A DNA stretch of 64,000 nucleotides from Candidatus Scatovivens sp. (lineage in GTDB: Bacteria > Bacillota > Clostridia > TANB77 > CAG-508). The notes below the pieces were generated by a model that saw only the letters and a program-made list of their open reading frames with translations, made no database searches and was not told the DNA's origin. The position numbers and the translations under genes were made by a program. Below are positions 52,424-62,200 of this stretch, piece by piece; positions within the stretch are counted from its first letter, which is position 1, and every line of letters begins with the position of its first letter. The stretch lies in NCBI GenBank assembly GCA_045646345.1, contig JAZRKN010000001.1, positions 96,001 through 160,000 on the forward strand, given 5' to 3'.

Positions 52424-53080
52424 TTATATCATTAATACAGCAAGCAGTGATGTTATAAGTGGAACTGTTATGTTATCTGTTCCTTTATTTGAAACCGCCT
52501 CTATAATTGTCATTAAAATAGCTATTAATATTGATTTTATTGCAACATAATCAGCATTATTATATGTTAAAAATGCAGCCATAATAATTAAAGTAACACA
52601 AAACATAGCCAGACAACCAGCTAAAGATTTTGTATTCCCTCTTATTTTAAATTTTTTACTATTTACTGCTTGGCCTATTACTGCAGCTAATCCATCACCG
52701 TATCCCATAACAAAAATACCACATAGTCCTATTGCTGGATTATCTAATGGCCCAAAAGTTATTAAAGCCAATATAAATAATGATAAAGCATAATATACTG
52801 TTCCTAAGCTTTCTTTATTTTCATCTCTTGCATCTCTTTCCATTACTTTTATGATACCTTTTTTGTAAGACAAATAATTTATTACTACAAATAACGCAGG
52901 AACAAACGCTGCCCATATCAAATTATCAAAAAATATCATTGCTATAACCCACCAGTTTGATAACATGATATGAATATATTTTCTACTAGCTTCTTTTCCA
53001 GCTTTTTCAAAAACTTTAGCAGAAACTATTATCATTCCTATAAATATAATCGATACTATAACTCCAAATAAATTGTTCAT
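52424..53080 (-). CDS. CTP-dependent polyprenol/phytol kinase-like membrane protein (SEC59/DGK1/VTE5 family)
   Basis: RKYIHI, GTVYY, MGYGDGLAAVIG, KSLAG, GTDNITVP. Confidence 0.8.
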   Translation of the reverse strand: MNNLFGVIVSIIFIGMIIVSAKVFEKAGKEASRKYIHIMLSNWWVIAMIFFDNLIWAAFVPALFVVINYLSYKKGIIKVMERDARDENKESLGTVYYALSLFILALITFGPLDNPAIGLCGIFVMGYGDGLAAVIGQAVNSKKFKIRGNTKSLAGCLAMFCVTLIIMAAFLTYNNADYVAIKSILIAILMTIIEAVSNKGTDNITVPLITSLLAVLMI

Positions 53081-53152
53081 TTTCTAATCTCACTTTTGTA
53101 TTTTAATTCTAGTCAAATTATAATTATAATATTTAACCTTTGCTATTATATC

Positions 53153-53182
53153 AAAAAAAGTGCTTTATAAAAAGCACTTTTT
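53153..53182 (-). terminator. Terminator
   Basis: AAAAAAGTGCTTT-ata-AAAGCACTTTTT. Confidence 0.75.
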
Positions 53183-53207
53183 AAAAAATTTACACACTAA
53201 ACACAAA

Positions 53208-53684
53208 TTAATTCTTTTTACAATCATTATATACCTTTGGGTCAATCCATTTTTTATTTTCCTCTAAATTTTCTCTAACAATTGTTGCTCTAATTGGTAC
53301 TATTTCTCTTTCATTATCCACTCTTCTATCGACTAAATTCATATATTTTGCAACACTTTCACCATATTTTTCACTACTATAAAAATGAGTGGGATTTTCA
53401 TCACCAATTATTTTCGTTAAATATTCCATTTGTATATTTACACTTTCTTCATCTAATCCATATTGTTTTGGTGGATTATATCCGAATTTTATTTCAACAT
53501 TTGGATATAATTCTTTTATCCACTCAGCCCTTTTTTCTGTAGGAATATCTATTAAATCAGTATCATATACAATTACAATCATTTTATCCATTTCTTTCAA
53601 AGCTGTTTCAATTAAAAATTGATGGCCTTTATGAAGTGGTGCAAATTTACCTATAGTAAAACCAACTTTTTTCTCTTCTTTCAT
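53208..53684 (-). CDS. HxGH nucleotidyltransferase (NadR NMN-adenylyltransferase-like domain only)
   Basis: GKFAPLHKGH, FYSSEKYG, PIRATIVR; no kinase domain. Confidence 0.75.
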   Translation of the reverse strand: MKEEKKVGFTIGKFAPLHKGHQFLIETALKEMDKMIVIVYDTDLIDIPTEKRAEWIKELYPNVEIKFGYNPPKQYGLDEESVNIQMEYLTKIIGDENPTHFYSSEKYGESVAKYMNLVDRRVDNEREIVPIRATIVRENLEENKKWIDPKVYNDCKKN

Positions 53685-53840
53685 TATTATCCTCTTTTTA
53701 ATTTTCTCCGAAAAATATTATAACATATTTCTTCTATTTTAACAACTAACATGATATAATCTGTTTGCATTAAAATATTTAATTAAAAATATAAACGAAT
53801 TTATTTTATGAATCTTACTTTTTAATTTGGAGGTATATAT

Positions 53841-55100
53841 TTGAAAAAGCCATCTATCAATCTTGTTTTTTTGATTTTTATCTTAATTTTTGCAATATTT
53901 CTAGTTGCACTAATTTCATTTAATTTTCAAAAACCAAATTATAGTTCAAGAAATGATATATCACATTTAGATTCCGTTCAAGATATTGAGCTAAATAATA
54001 CAATTACAGAACCATCTGTTCTTTCTAAAGAACAATCAAATCGTACAATAATAGCAAAATCAATTGTTCCAAAAGATACTTCAATAACTATTTCTGCAAT
54101 TGGAGATATTATGTGTCATAATACTCAATTTAAAGATGCAAAAAACTCTGATTCATATGATTTTTCTTATGTATTTTCAGATGTTGAACATTTCATAAAA
54201 AATGCAGATATCGCAATTGGTAATTTAGAAACAACTTTTGCTGGAAGTAATAAACCATATCAAGGCTATCCCAATTTTAATAGTCCTGAATCTATGGCAA
54301 ATGATTTAGCAGAGCTTGGTCTTGATGTAATAACTACATCAAACAATCACAGTTTAGATACTGGTTATTCAGGTTTAGAATCAACTCTTAACTTTTTAGA
54401 TGAAGCCAATCTATCTCATGTTGGAACAGCTCGTTCTATAGAAGAGCAAAATACCATTTTAATCAAAGAAATTAATAATTTAAAATTAGCATTCCTATCT
54501 TACACATATGGAACCAATGGAATTCCAATTCCCAAAGGAAAAGAATATTGTATAAATTTAATAGATAAAGATTTAATTTTATCTCAACTACAAAATGCAA
54601 AAGCACAAAACCCAGATCTAATTTTGGTTAGTATCCACTGGGGAAGCGAATACGAGCTCACTCCGAATGCAAATCAAACACAATTGGCTGATTTTTTATT
54701 TGAAAATGGAGCTGACATTATTTTAGGAAGTCACCCTCACGTTTTACAACCACTCGAATGTAGAAAAATAAATCTGCCAGATGGAACAACCAAAAATGGC
54801 TTTGTAATTTATTCTTTAGGCAACTTTATGTCTGGACAAACTCAAGAAAATACAAGGTCTTCTATAATATTAAATTTAAAATTGACAAAAAATGGAGCTA
54901 CCGGTTTATTTTCAATTGATGAGATTATATATACTCCAATATACACATACACTTCTCCAAAATATAAAAATTATAAGATTCTAGATCTTCAAAAATCTAT
55001 TTATAATCACGAAAACAAAATAGACAATTCTCTTTCTATTAACGATTATAATATATTAAAAAAAGAATTAGAAAAAATAAACTCAATATATCTTCCATAG
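53841..55100 (+). CDS. CapA/PgsA-family metallophosphoesterase-like envelope protein
   Basis: N-terminal TM anchor; GDIMCH, NLET, SNNHSLD, IHWGSEY, GSHPHV, YSLGNF. No capB/capC nearby. Confidence 0.88.
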   Translation: MKKPSINLVFLIFILIFAIFLVALISFNFQKPNYSSRNDISHLDSVQDIELNNTITEPSVLSKEQSNRTIIAKSIVPKDTSITISAIGDIMCHNTQFKDAKNSDSYDFSYVFSDVEHFIKNADIAIGNLETTFAGSNKPYQGYPNFNSPESMANDLAELGLDVITTSNNHSLDTGYSGLESTLNFLDEANLSHVGTARSIEEQNTILIKEINNLKLAFLSYTYGTNGIPIPKGKEYCINLIDKDLILSQLQNAKAQNPDLILVSIHWGSEYELTPNANQTQLADFLFENGADIILGSHPHVLQPLECRKINLPDGTTKNGFVIYSLGNFMSGQTQENTRSSIILNLKLTKNGATGLFSIDEIIYTPIYTYTSPKYKNYKILDLQKSIYNHENKIDNSLSINDYNILKKELEKINSIYLP

Positions 55101-55107
55101 CAATTCT

Positions 55108-55144
55108 AAGACAAGCAAAAAAATATTTTTTAGCTTGTCTTTTT
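55108..55144 (+). terminator. Terminator after CapA-family gene
   Basis: AAGACAAGC...GCTTGTCTT followed by TTTT. Confidence 0.75.
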
Positions 55145-55296
55145 GTATGTTTGTAACATTTTTGTAATATCTTTTTAATAGTAATGTTATATTTTTTATA
55201 GACACTTTGTGCTATAATGTATTTGTTAATATTATAATACGATAATTATATTTAAATGTACTATTTTTAGTACATTTGGGAGGTCAAAAAAGAACA

Positions 55297-58098
55297 ATGT
55301 TAAACTTACCTATTGTAAAATTTGAAAAAAGTTGTAACTACTTAAACGAGCAGTTAACACTTCAAAACAATAATAAGCAGTTGATATTGGATATTATCAG
55401 TAATATTGGTCTAATCTTAAATGAGTCTGACGAAAAATTTGAACAATATGATAATATTCTTGAAACAGCAAATGAATTTTTAAAATCACTTTCTGCTAAC
55501 ATAACATCAATTGAACAATTAAATGTAGAAATTAAAAATATCACAGCTGAATTAACAAGTTTATTATCAGAACAAAACAAAGCTTCTAAAACTAAGGAGT
55601 TTTATATTGCTGCCTTCTCAAATATAAAACACAATATTATCGTATATTCAAAAAAATTCCAAGAATTAGAATCAGCATTAACAAACGACAACAACAAATT
55701 CAATGAATTTATTAATGAAAATAATTTTAAATATAATTTTGTATCTATAGACGATTCTACAAACACATATACTTTTACTGGTTTCTCAATAAATGATACT
55801 GAAGAAATTTCAAATGATATTATTGAAATCCCACTTAACAATACATCTGATGATGAAATTGAAAAAACTGAAGTTATTGAAGAAAACATAAATAATGAAA
55901 TAGCAGAATCATCTATTGATGAAATTGTTGTAAATAAAACAGAAAATGAAGAAGTTATTCCTGAAAATATTGTAGATAAAACAGAAAACGAAGAATCTAT
56001 TTCTGAAAATATTGTAGATAAAGCAGAAATTGAAGAAGCTATTCCTGAAAATATTGATAAAATAGAAGAATTAACAAATACATTTAAATCTTTATTATTA
56101 AATATTTCAGAAACCTCTCTAACTGATGCAACTTCTTCTGTCGTATCTTTATTTAAAGAGCTTTTACCAAAAGATACCCAAACTTCTTTTGAATATTTTC
56201 TTGATTTAGGTAACAATTCAGAAAATATTCAAGAAGAATCAGTTGAAATAGAAGAAAATGAATCACCAGAAATTGAATTAAACGCTTTCGATTCATTAAA
56301 ATTAGTTGAAGATTTTATTATCGCAGATTTAGAAAATGTTATTTACGAAGAACATTCAGGACTAATCTATGAATATAATGTTGAAACAAACGAAATCTCT
56401 TCTTATGAAGAACTTATTGAAGAAAATATAGAAGACACTGAACTTGTTGAAAATATAGATATAGAAACAGAAGATCTTTCTAATGATGATTACAATATTA
56501 TAATTGATGACAAAGAAATTATCGAAAATAGTGAAGTTTCTCCTGAATATATCCAAGACACTCAAGAGGTATTAGAATCACCGCTTCCTCCTACAGAAAT
56601 TACTGTAGTTGAAAACGAACCAATTATAGAGGAATCATTTGAAGAAGTTGCTGAAAATTCAGACATCTTATTGTTAGATGCTTTATTAGATAATTCTGAA
56701 TATTTAAGCACAGAATCCATATTGGAAAAACTAGAACAATTAGAAAAAATTGAAGAATTTACACTTTCATCAAATTCTACTTCTTTATCAGATGATAAAA
56801 TTATTGAAGAACAAGATGAAAAAATCGAAAATATTGATGAATCCCCTATTTTAGAATTAGATAATTTAGATAATTTAGATAATAATGATGAATTGGTTGT
56901 AAAAGATTTAGATGACGTTAACGAAGATGTTAAAGATACTAATGAATTCTCTCTTTTAGAACTAGATAATACAGATAATAATGATGAATTGTTTGTAGAA
57001 GATTTAGATGATGTTAACGAAGAAGTTGAAAATACTAATGACATTGATATCTTGATTGATAATATCGAAACAATAGAAAATGTTGAGAAAAGTGTTTTTG
57101 AAGAATTAAACAACGATACATCTTTCCTATCAAACATTTCATTTGATGGAATTTTAAACACATCAGAATTTGATTTAAACACTGATACCTCTATTTTTGA
57201 AGATGTCTTAGATAAAGAAATTTTAGAAAAACTAGATGAAAATGATATTCTAGATGATAATTTAATTGGCGAAAACATTTTAGATGAAACTTTGTTAGAC
57301 TTCGAATTAGAAGAAAATATCATCGACGAAATGATTACAGAAGAATCAGTAATAGATCAACTATTAAATGAATCTAATATAGAAACTCCTGATATTGATA
57401 TTTCAGATTCAGAAATCATCAACCAAGAAGATTACCAATTAGATTCTAATGAAATTACTCTAGACAATCTAAATCTATTAAACAATGTTGATATCGAATC
57501 TTTATCACAAGAAATTGAGGTTCCTCAAAATATTACATTCAAGGACTCTTCTGCTGAACAAGCAGTTCAACACGATGAAGAAAAAAATATTGAACATTTT
57601 TATAAAGATAATCATTCTGACGCTGAGTTTAAAAATAAAGGACTATCAAAAAAAGACTTTGATGAAAAACTTTTAAAAATAGAAAATGCTCTTGAAGATA
57701 ATAAAACTTTAGTTATTTCTGAAAGATTACAGAAAATATATTTACCATATAAAGTTTCAGAATTAACCAACTATATCGAAAATTATCCAGGATCTTATAA
57801 TTCTTTAAAAGATGTTGTTGCTCAAGAATTTATATTACCTTTTGATTACTTTAGAAAACATCCTACAAAAGCTAGATTTACAGAAGCATATAACTTATTA
57901 AAAAATCGTGAAGGTAGAAACTTTATGAAATCTGTTTCATATGCATTCAGATTATTAAATAAAAATAATTTAAACCCAGCAATCATTGCTTCTTGCAAAA
58001 CACAACATGAATTAGATAGTTATCTTTACTATTTAGATTCTGATAATTTAAATAATTTCAAATTCTTTGATATTATTTATGAAGTAAACCCAATGTAA
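55297..58098 (+). CDS. Hypothetical very acidic protein (933 aa): coiled-coil N-terminus, D/E-rich low-complexity centre, globular C-terminus
   Basis: Long ORF, RBS GGAGG before ATG 55297, TGcTATAAT upstream, internal tandem repeats. Confidence 0.8.
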   Translation: MLNLPIVKFEKSCNYLNEQLTLQNNNKQLILDIISNIGLILNESDEKFEQYDNILETANEFLKSLSANITSIEQLNVEIKNITAELTSLLSEQNKASKTKEFYIAAFSNIKHNIIVYSKKFQELESALTNDNNKFNEFINENNFKYNFVSIDDSTNTYTFTGFSINDTEEISNDIIEIPLNNTSDDEIEKTEVIEENINNEIAESSIDEIVVNKTENEEVIPENIVDKTENEESISENIVDKAEIEEAIPENIDKIEELTNTFKSLLLNISETSLTDATSSVVSLFKELLPKDTQTSFEYFLDLGNNSENIQEESVEIEENESPEIELNAFDSLKLVEDFIIADLENVIYEEHSGLIYEYNVETNEISSYEELIEENIEDTELVENIDIETEDLSNDDYNIIIDDKEIIENSEVSPEYIQDTQEVLESPLPPTEITVVENEPIIEESFEEVAENSDILLLDALLDNSEYLSTESILEKLEQLEKIEEFTLSSNSTSLSDDKIIEEQDEKIENIDESPILELDNLDNLDNNDELVVKDLDDVNEDVKDTNEFSLLELDNTDNNDELFVEDLDDVNEEVENTNDIDILIDNIETIENVEKSVFEELNNDTSFLSNISFDGILNTSEFDLNTDTSIFEDVLDKEILEKLDENDILDDNLIGENILDETLLDFELEENIIDEMITEESVIDQLLNESNIETPDIDISDSEIINQEDYQLDSNEITLDNLNLLNNVDIESLSQEIEVPQNITFKDSSAEQAVQHDEEKNIEHFYKDNHSDAEFKNKGLSKKDFDEKLLKIENALEDNKTLVISERLQKIYLPYKVSELTNYIENYPGSYNSLKDVVAQEFILPFDYFRKHPTKARFTEAYNLLKNREGRNFMKSVSYAFRLLNKNNLNPAIIASCKTQHELDSYLYYLDSDNLNNFKFFDIIYEVNPM
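55930..56055 (+). repeat. 3 x 42-bp in-frame tandem repeat (14 aa, VDKTENEE.IPENI)
   Basis: Units start at 55930, 55972 and 56014. Confidence 0.85.
56851..57042 (+). repeat. 2 x ~100-bp imperfect in-frame repeat (LELDN.DNNDEL.V.DLDDVNE.V..TN)
   Basis: Visible at both DNA and protein level. Confidence 0.75.
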
Positions 58099-58101
58099 AA
58101 T

Positions 58102-58133
58102 AAAAAAGAAAGTAGTTTATCTACTTTCTTTTT
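58102..58133. terminator. Bidirectional terminator
   Basis: AAAAAGAAAGTAG-tttat-CTACTTTCTTTTT between convergent genes. Confidence 0.8.
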
Positions 58134-58137
58134 GTTT

Positions 58138-59616
58138 CTATAAAATTATACAAATAAGTCCTCCTGTTCCCTCATTTACTATTCTTTGTAATGTATCTTG
58201 CAATTTTATTTGTGCCTCTTCTGGCATTTTTGCAAGTTTGTTCTGCAATCCTTCATTAACTAATTCATGTAGACTTTTCCCAAATATATTAGATTCCCAA
58301 ATTTTTTTAGGATCACTTTCAAATTCAGATAATAAATATTTAACCAAATCTTCTGATTGTTTTTCACTACCAACTATTGGCGAAACTTCAGTTTCTGTGT
58401 TTATTTTTATCATATGAATAGATGGTGCTTTAGCTTTTAATTTCACCCCATACTTTGAACCTTGTTTTACAATTTCAGGCTCATCTAAAATCAAATCCTC
58501 TTTCCCTGGCGTTACAATTCCATATCCTTTTTCATTTACTTCGTGTATCGCATATGCCATTTTATCATAATCTTTTTTTATCTTTGCAAAATCAGTAATA
58601 CATGAAAATAATTCTCCCTCATTTTTTATTTCCACACCAGTTATGTTGCTTAACATATCATAAAACAATTTTTCTTCTAACTGAACATTTATACTAACAA
58701 TTCCATTTCCTAAATTAATTTCATCGACGCTTGTTTTATATATTTCATCACATTCTTCTAATCTTTTATAAACATCATTTATATCCTTCAATCTGGCAAC
58801 ATTCTCAAACGTCTTTTTAAAATTTAAAAATAACTTTTGTTTTAATTCATTGCTTTTATCCAAACCTTCTAACCATCGCGGAAACTTTATTTCAATTCTC
58901 TCTATCATAAATTCATATAATAATTTTGAAAATATACTATTAATATCATCTAAATTTAATTCTAAGCAATTTACAGGTATTACTGTTGCACTATATTTGT
59001 CAGACAATCTTTCAGCCATTTCTATACTATAATTATCATACGGGTTTTGACAATTCATAAGAATTATAAACGGTTTATTTAATTCCTTTAATTCATTTAC
59101 TACTCTTTCTTCAGCTTTTATATAATCTTCTCTTGGAATATCTGTTATACTGCCATCTGTTGTAATAATTATTCCTACTGTAGAATGTTCTACAATAACT
59201 TTTCTAGTTCCAAGCTCAGCAGCTGTTTCAAAAGGAATTTCATTTTCTGACCATGGTGTTTTAACCATTCTGGGCATATCATTTTCCAAATACCCAATTG
59301 CATTATTTACCAAATATCCTACACAATCGACAAGTCTAGTTTTTAATTTTACATTTCCATTTAAATTAATTTCAACAGCCTCATTTGGTATAAATTTCGG
59401 TTCTGTTGTCATTATAGTTCTTCCACTTGCACTCTGTGGTAATTCGTCTACTGCCCTTTCCTTCTTATATTCATTTTCTATATTAGGCAAAACTAGTAGT
59501 TCCATAAATCTTTTAATAAAAGTAGATTTTCCAGTTCTAACAGGTCCCACCACACCTATGTATATGTCCCCTTCTGTTCTTCTAGCAATATCTTGATAAA
59601 TCCCAAAATTTTCCAT
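58138..59616 (-). CDS. spoIVA: Stage IV sporulation protein A
   Basis: GDIYIGVVGPVRTGKSTFIKRFM, DELPQS, MTTEPKF, terminal GGLICIIL; 492 aa from ATG 59616. Confidence 0.97.
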   Translation of the reverse strand: MENFGIYQDIARRTEGDIYIGVVGPVRTGKSTFIKRFMELLVLPNIENEYKKERAVDELPQSASGRTIMTTEPKFIPNEAVEINLNGNVKLKTRLVDCVGYLVNNAIGYLENDMPRMVKTPWSENEIPFETAAELGTRKVIVEHSTVGIIITTDGSITDIPREDYIKAEERVVNELKELNKPFIILMNCQNPYDNYSIEMAERLSDKYSATVIPVNCLELNLDDINSIFSKLLYEFMIERIEIKFPRWLEGLDKSNELKQKLFLNFKKTFENVARLKDINDVYKRLEECDEIYKTSVDEINLGNGIVSINVQLEEKLFYDMLSNITGVEIKNEGELFSCITDFAKIKKDYDKMAYAIHEVNEKGYGIVTPGKEDLILDEPEIVKQGSKYGVKLKAKAPSIHMIKINTETEVSPIVGSEKQSEDLVKYLLSEFESDPKKIWESNIFGKSLHELVNEGLQNKLAKMPEEAQIKLQDTLQRIVNEGTGGLICIIL

Positions 59617-59695
59617 AAAAAAATACCCCCTATAAATGTACATCTCTCTTAGTAATTTATATTAGGGTATTTTTAATTTATTCCAATAAAATTTA

Positions 59696-60412
59696 TTACT
59701 TCACAAATATATAGTATTCACCTTTTGTCTTATCCACCTCATTATAGTTTTCGTTAAATACATATATTTGATTTAAACTTGTAATTTCTGTAATTGTCTG
59801 TTTCTTTATTGCCTTATTTGATAGTATTCCATTTTCATCATTCCAAATAATTAAAAACTCTTTTTCTCCACCTGATTTTATTTTCTTCAAATCGCAAAAT
59901 TCATTAGATAAATAAGTTCCATTTTTTACTATATCATTATTCTCTTCATTCATTTTTTGATATGCTACTAAATCCCAATAATAACCATCTTTATAATAAT
60001 ATAAGTCTTTTGAATTTTTATCTATATAATGTGTTTTAGAATATAATTTATATTCATTAAAATCAACTCTTTTAGTAACTATATCTTCATCAATATCCAC
60101 AATAACATCATCTTTAAATATATAAGACCTTCCAATTCCACACTCATATATTTTGTTTTTTATTTTTATAAATCTTCCTGTACCTGCAATATTTAAAGTA
60201 TCAATATTATATATTGGTATTAATTCATTCGTTTGCGCACTTTCTGTTTTCTCAATTCCACTTCTTGAATATATTTCTTGCATTTCTAATGTTTTATATT
60301 CTTGTAAATTCAATCTGTTTTTGATTCCTAGATACACACACAAAGAAAACACCAATAAAAAAATCATTGCAAATAACACAAATAATGATATTACTCCATT
60401 TTCATTCTTCAT
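59696..60412 (-). CDS. Hypothetical protein with pilin-like (class III) N-terminal signal
   Basis: MKNENG|VISLFVLFAMIFLLVFSLCVY; RBS AAAGGA. Confidence 0.6.
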   Translation of the reverse strand: MKNENGVISLFVLFAMIFLLVFSLCVYLGIKNRLNLQEYKTLEMQEIYSRSGIEKTESAQTNELIPIYNIDTLNIAGTGRFIKIKNKIYECGIGRSYIFKDDVIVDIDEDIVTKRVDFNEYKLYSKTHYIDKNSKDLYYYKDGYYWDLVAYQKMNEENNDIVKNGTYLSNEFCDLKKIKSGGEKEFLIIWNDENGILSNKAIKKQTITEITSLNQIYVFNENYNEVDKTKGEYYIFVK

Positions 60413-60478
60413 AATAATTTCCTTTTTAATTTATTCTATTTTATTATAACACACTTATAATTCTATTTGTAAAATTTC

Positions 60479-60507
60479 GTATATTTTTTTATAAATTGCT
60501 AACAATA
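60479..60507 (+). promoter_or_regulatory. Putative forespore sigmaG/sigmaF-type promoter of ger operon
   Basis: GTATA-N17-AACAATA resembles the GnATA-N17/18-cAtAaTA consensus. Confidence 0.4.
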
Positions 60508-60531
60508 AATAATAATTTATCTGGAGTAGCT

Positions 60532-62200
60532 ATGTTAAAAAAAATATTTAATAATCTTTTTAATTATTCTGAAAAAGAAAATTATAACTTCATATTACCC
60601 AATAGTTCTAATAATATTGATGAGACAGAATTCAAGAAAATAGACAGCGAGAGTGTTTCTACTTCTTTAAATAAAAATATTGAATATTTAAAAATAAAAT
60701 ATAATATGCTGATTAATAATGATATTAAAATTCGTGAATTTTCGTTAAATGTTCAAAAAAAGAAATATTCCGCTTTTATTATATATATAGATGGAATGGT
60801 AAATAGTGATAATATTAATGATTTCATTTTAAAACCAATACTTTTAAAAACCTCCATAAAAATGGAAGATCCTTCAAAAACTACTAAAAGTACAAATTCT
60901 TCAAAAATTGAAAAATTTGATTTAGAAAGTTTTATTTATTCGAATTTAATTCCACAAAATAGCATTACTAAAGAAAAAGAATTTAAAAATATTGTTCATA
61001 AAGTCAATGGCGGTTTTTGTGCATTGTTTGTCGAAAGCCTTAATATTTGTTTTTGTATAGAATCAAAAGGGTTTAAAACAAGAAGTATAACTCAACCAAT
61101 AACAGAGGAAGTCGTTAAAGGTTCTCATGAAGGTTTTGTTGAAAATATAAGAACTAATACCTCTATGATTAGAAAAATAATTAATAACGAAAAATTAATT
61201 ATAGAAGAATCTCAAATTGGTGATTTGAACAAAACACAAATTGCTATTTGCTATCTAAAAGATATTACAAATGATGATTTAGTTGGAGAAATAAAATATA
61301 GATTTAACAATTTAAAAATTGATTATGTACTTTCCTCAAATCAATTAGAACAATTTGTTAAAGATAATATAACTTCTGCGTTTCCTCAATCAATTTCTAC
61401 TGAACGACCTGACAAAGCCTCTAATTATTTGATGCTTGGTAGGGTCGTAATATTAGTTAATGGTTCTCCTTTTGCTATAATTCTTCCTGCTTCTTTGGTT
61501 GATTTTTTAACCTCACCAGAAGATTTTAATTTAAACTATCATTATGCTAATTTTTTAAAAATATTAAGAGGACTAGCTCTAGTTTCAGCCTTACTTGTTC
61601 CAGGAATGTATGTAGCAATTACTATGTTTCATTATGAATTGATTCCATCAGAACTCCTTTTTGCAATTGTAGCATCACGTGAAGCAATCCCATTCCCTAT
61701 AATTTTTGAAATAATTATAATGGAAATTTGTTTTGAATTAATTCAAGAAGCAAGTATTCGTGTTCCATCTTCTTTTAGTACAACTGTTGGTATAATTCGG
61801 AGCGTTAATTTTAGGAGATGCTGCGATCTCTGCTAATATTGTCAGTCCAATCTTAATAATAATTGTTGCTTTTTCAGGAATTTGTGCTTTTACAATTCCA
61901 GATAACACATTAAGATTTGCAATTAAAACATTTAGATTTATCTATATTATTTTAGGATATATTGCCGGTTTTTTAGGAATAGCTCTTGGATTTTTTGTCC
62001 ATTTTCTAATCCTTTCAAATCAAAGTTCTTTTGGAGTTCCTTTCTTCTCCCCATATATTCCGTTCAGTAATTTAAAAAACAATGATGGATTATATATTCC
62101 TCCGGTTTGGAAAAGAGAAAAAAGAAATTCTATTTTAAATACAAAGAAACCAAATATTGAAGAACCAATTAGTATGAAATGGAGGAAAAATGCAAAATAA
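60532..62200 (+). CDS. gerKA: Spore germination receptor subunit A (GerKA/GerAA family), interrupted by a +1 frameshift at CGG 61798-61800
   Basis: Frame 0 has YIDGMV, GSHEGFVE, TERPD, GRVVILVNGSP, SREAIPFP, ELIQEASIRVP...TTVGII. The +1 frame from 61799 continues GALILGDAAISANIVSP...SFGVPFFSP... to TAA 62198-62200. The joined product is 555 aa. Confidence 0.9.

Noticed and set aside
989-54000. Numerous 60-140 aa + strand ORFs overlapping - strand genes
   Set aside because: They are antisense shadows with Leu/Phe/Ile-biased composition inside well-supported genes.
53841-55100. Poly-gamma-glutamate capsule locus
   Set aside because: Only a CapA-family gene is present, without capB/capC. Stand-alone homologs are common.
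55930-56055. Tandem repeats as a possible CRISPR array
   Set aside because: The units are contiguous, in-frame and have no unique spacers, and no cas genes are present.
55362-57323. Long antisense ORFs (e.g. 55602-56216, 56562-57323)
   Set aside because: They are Ser/Phe/Ile-rich shadows of the GAA/GAT-rich sense gene and have no RBS or motifs.
60496-61836. ORF-track version of gerKA ending ...IIRSVNFRRCCDLC
   Set aside because: The tail is out-of-frame sequence after the CGG. The family-like C-terminus is in the +1 frame, and the likely start is ATG 60532 (RBS GGAG).
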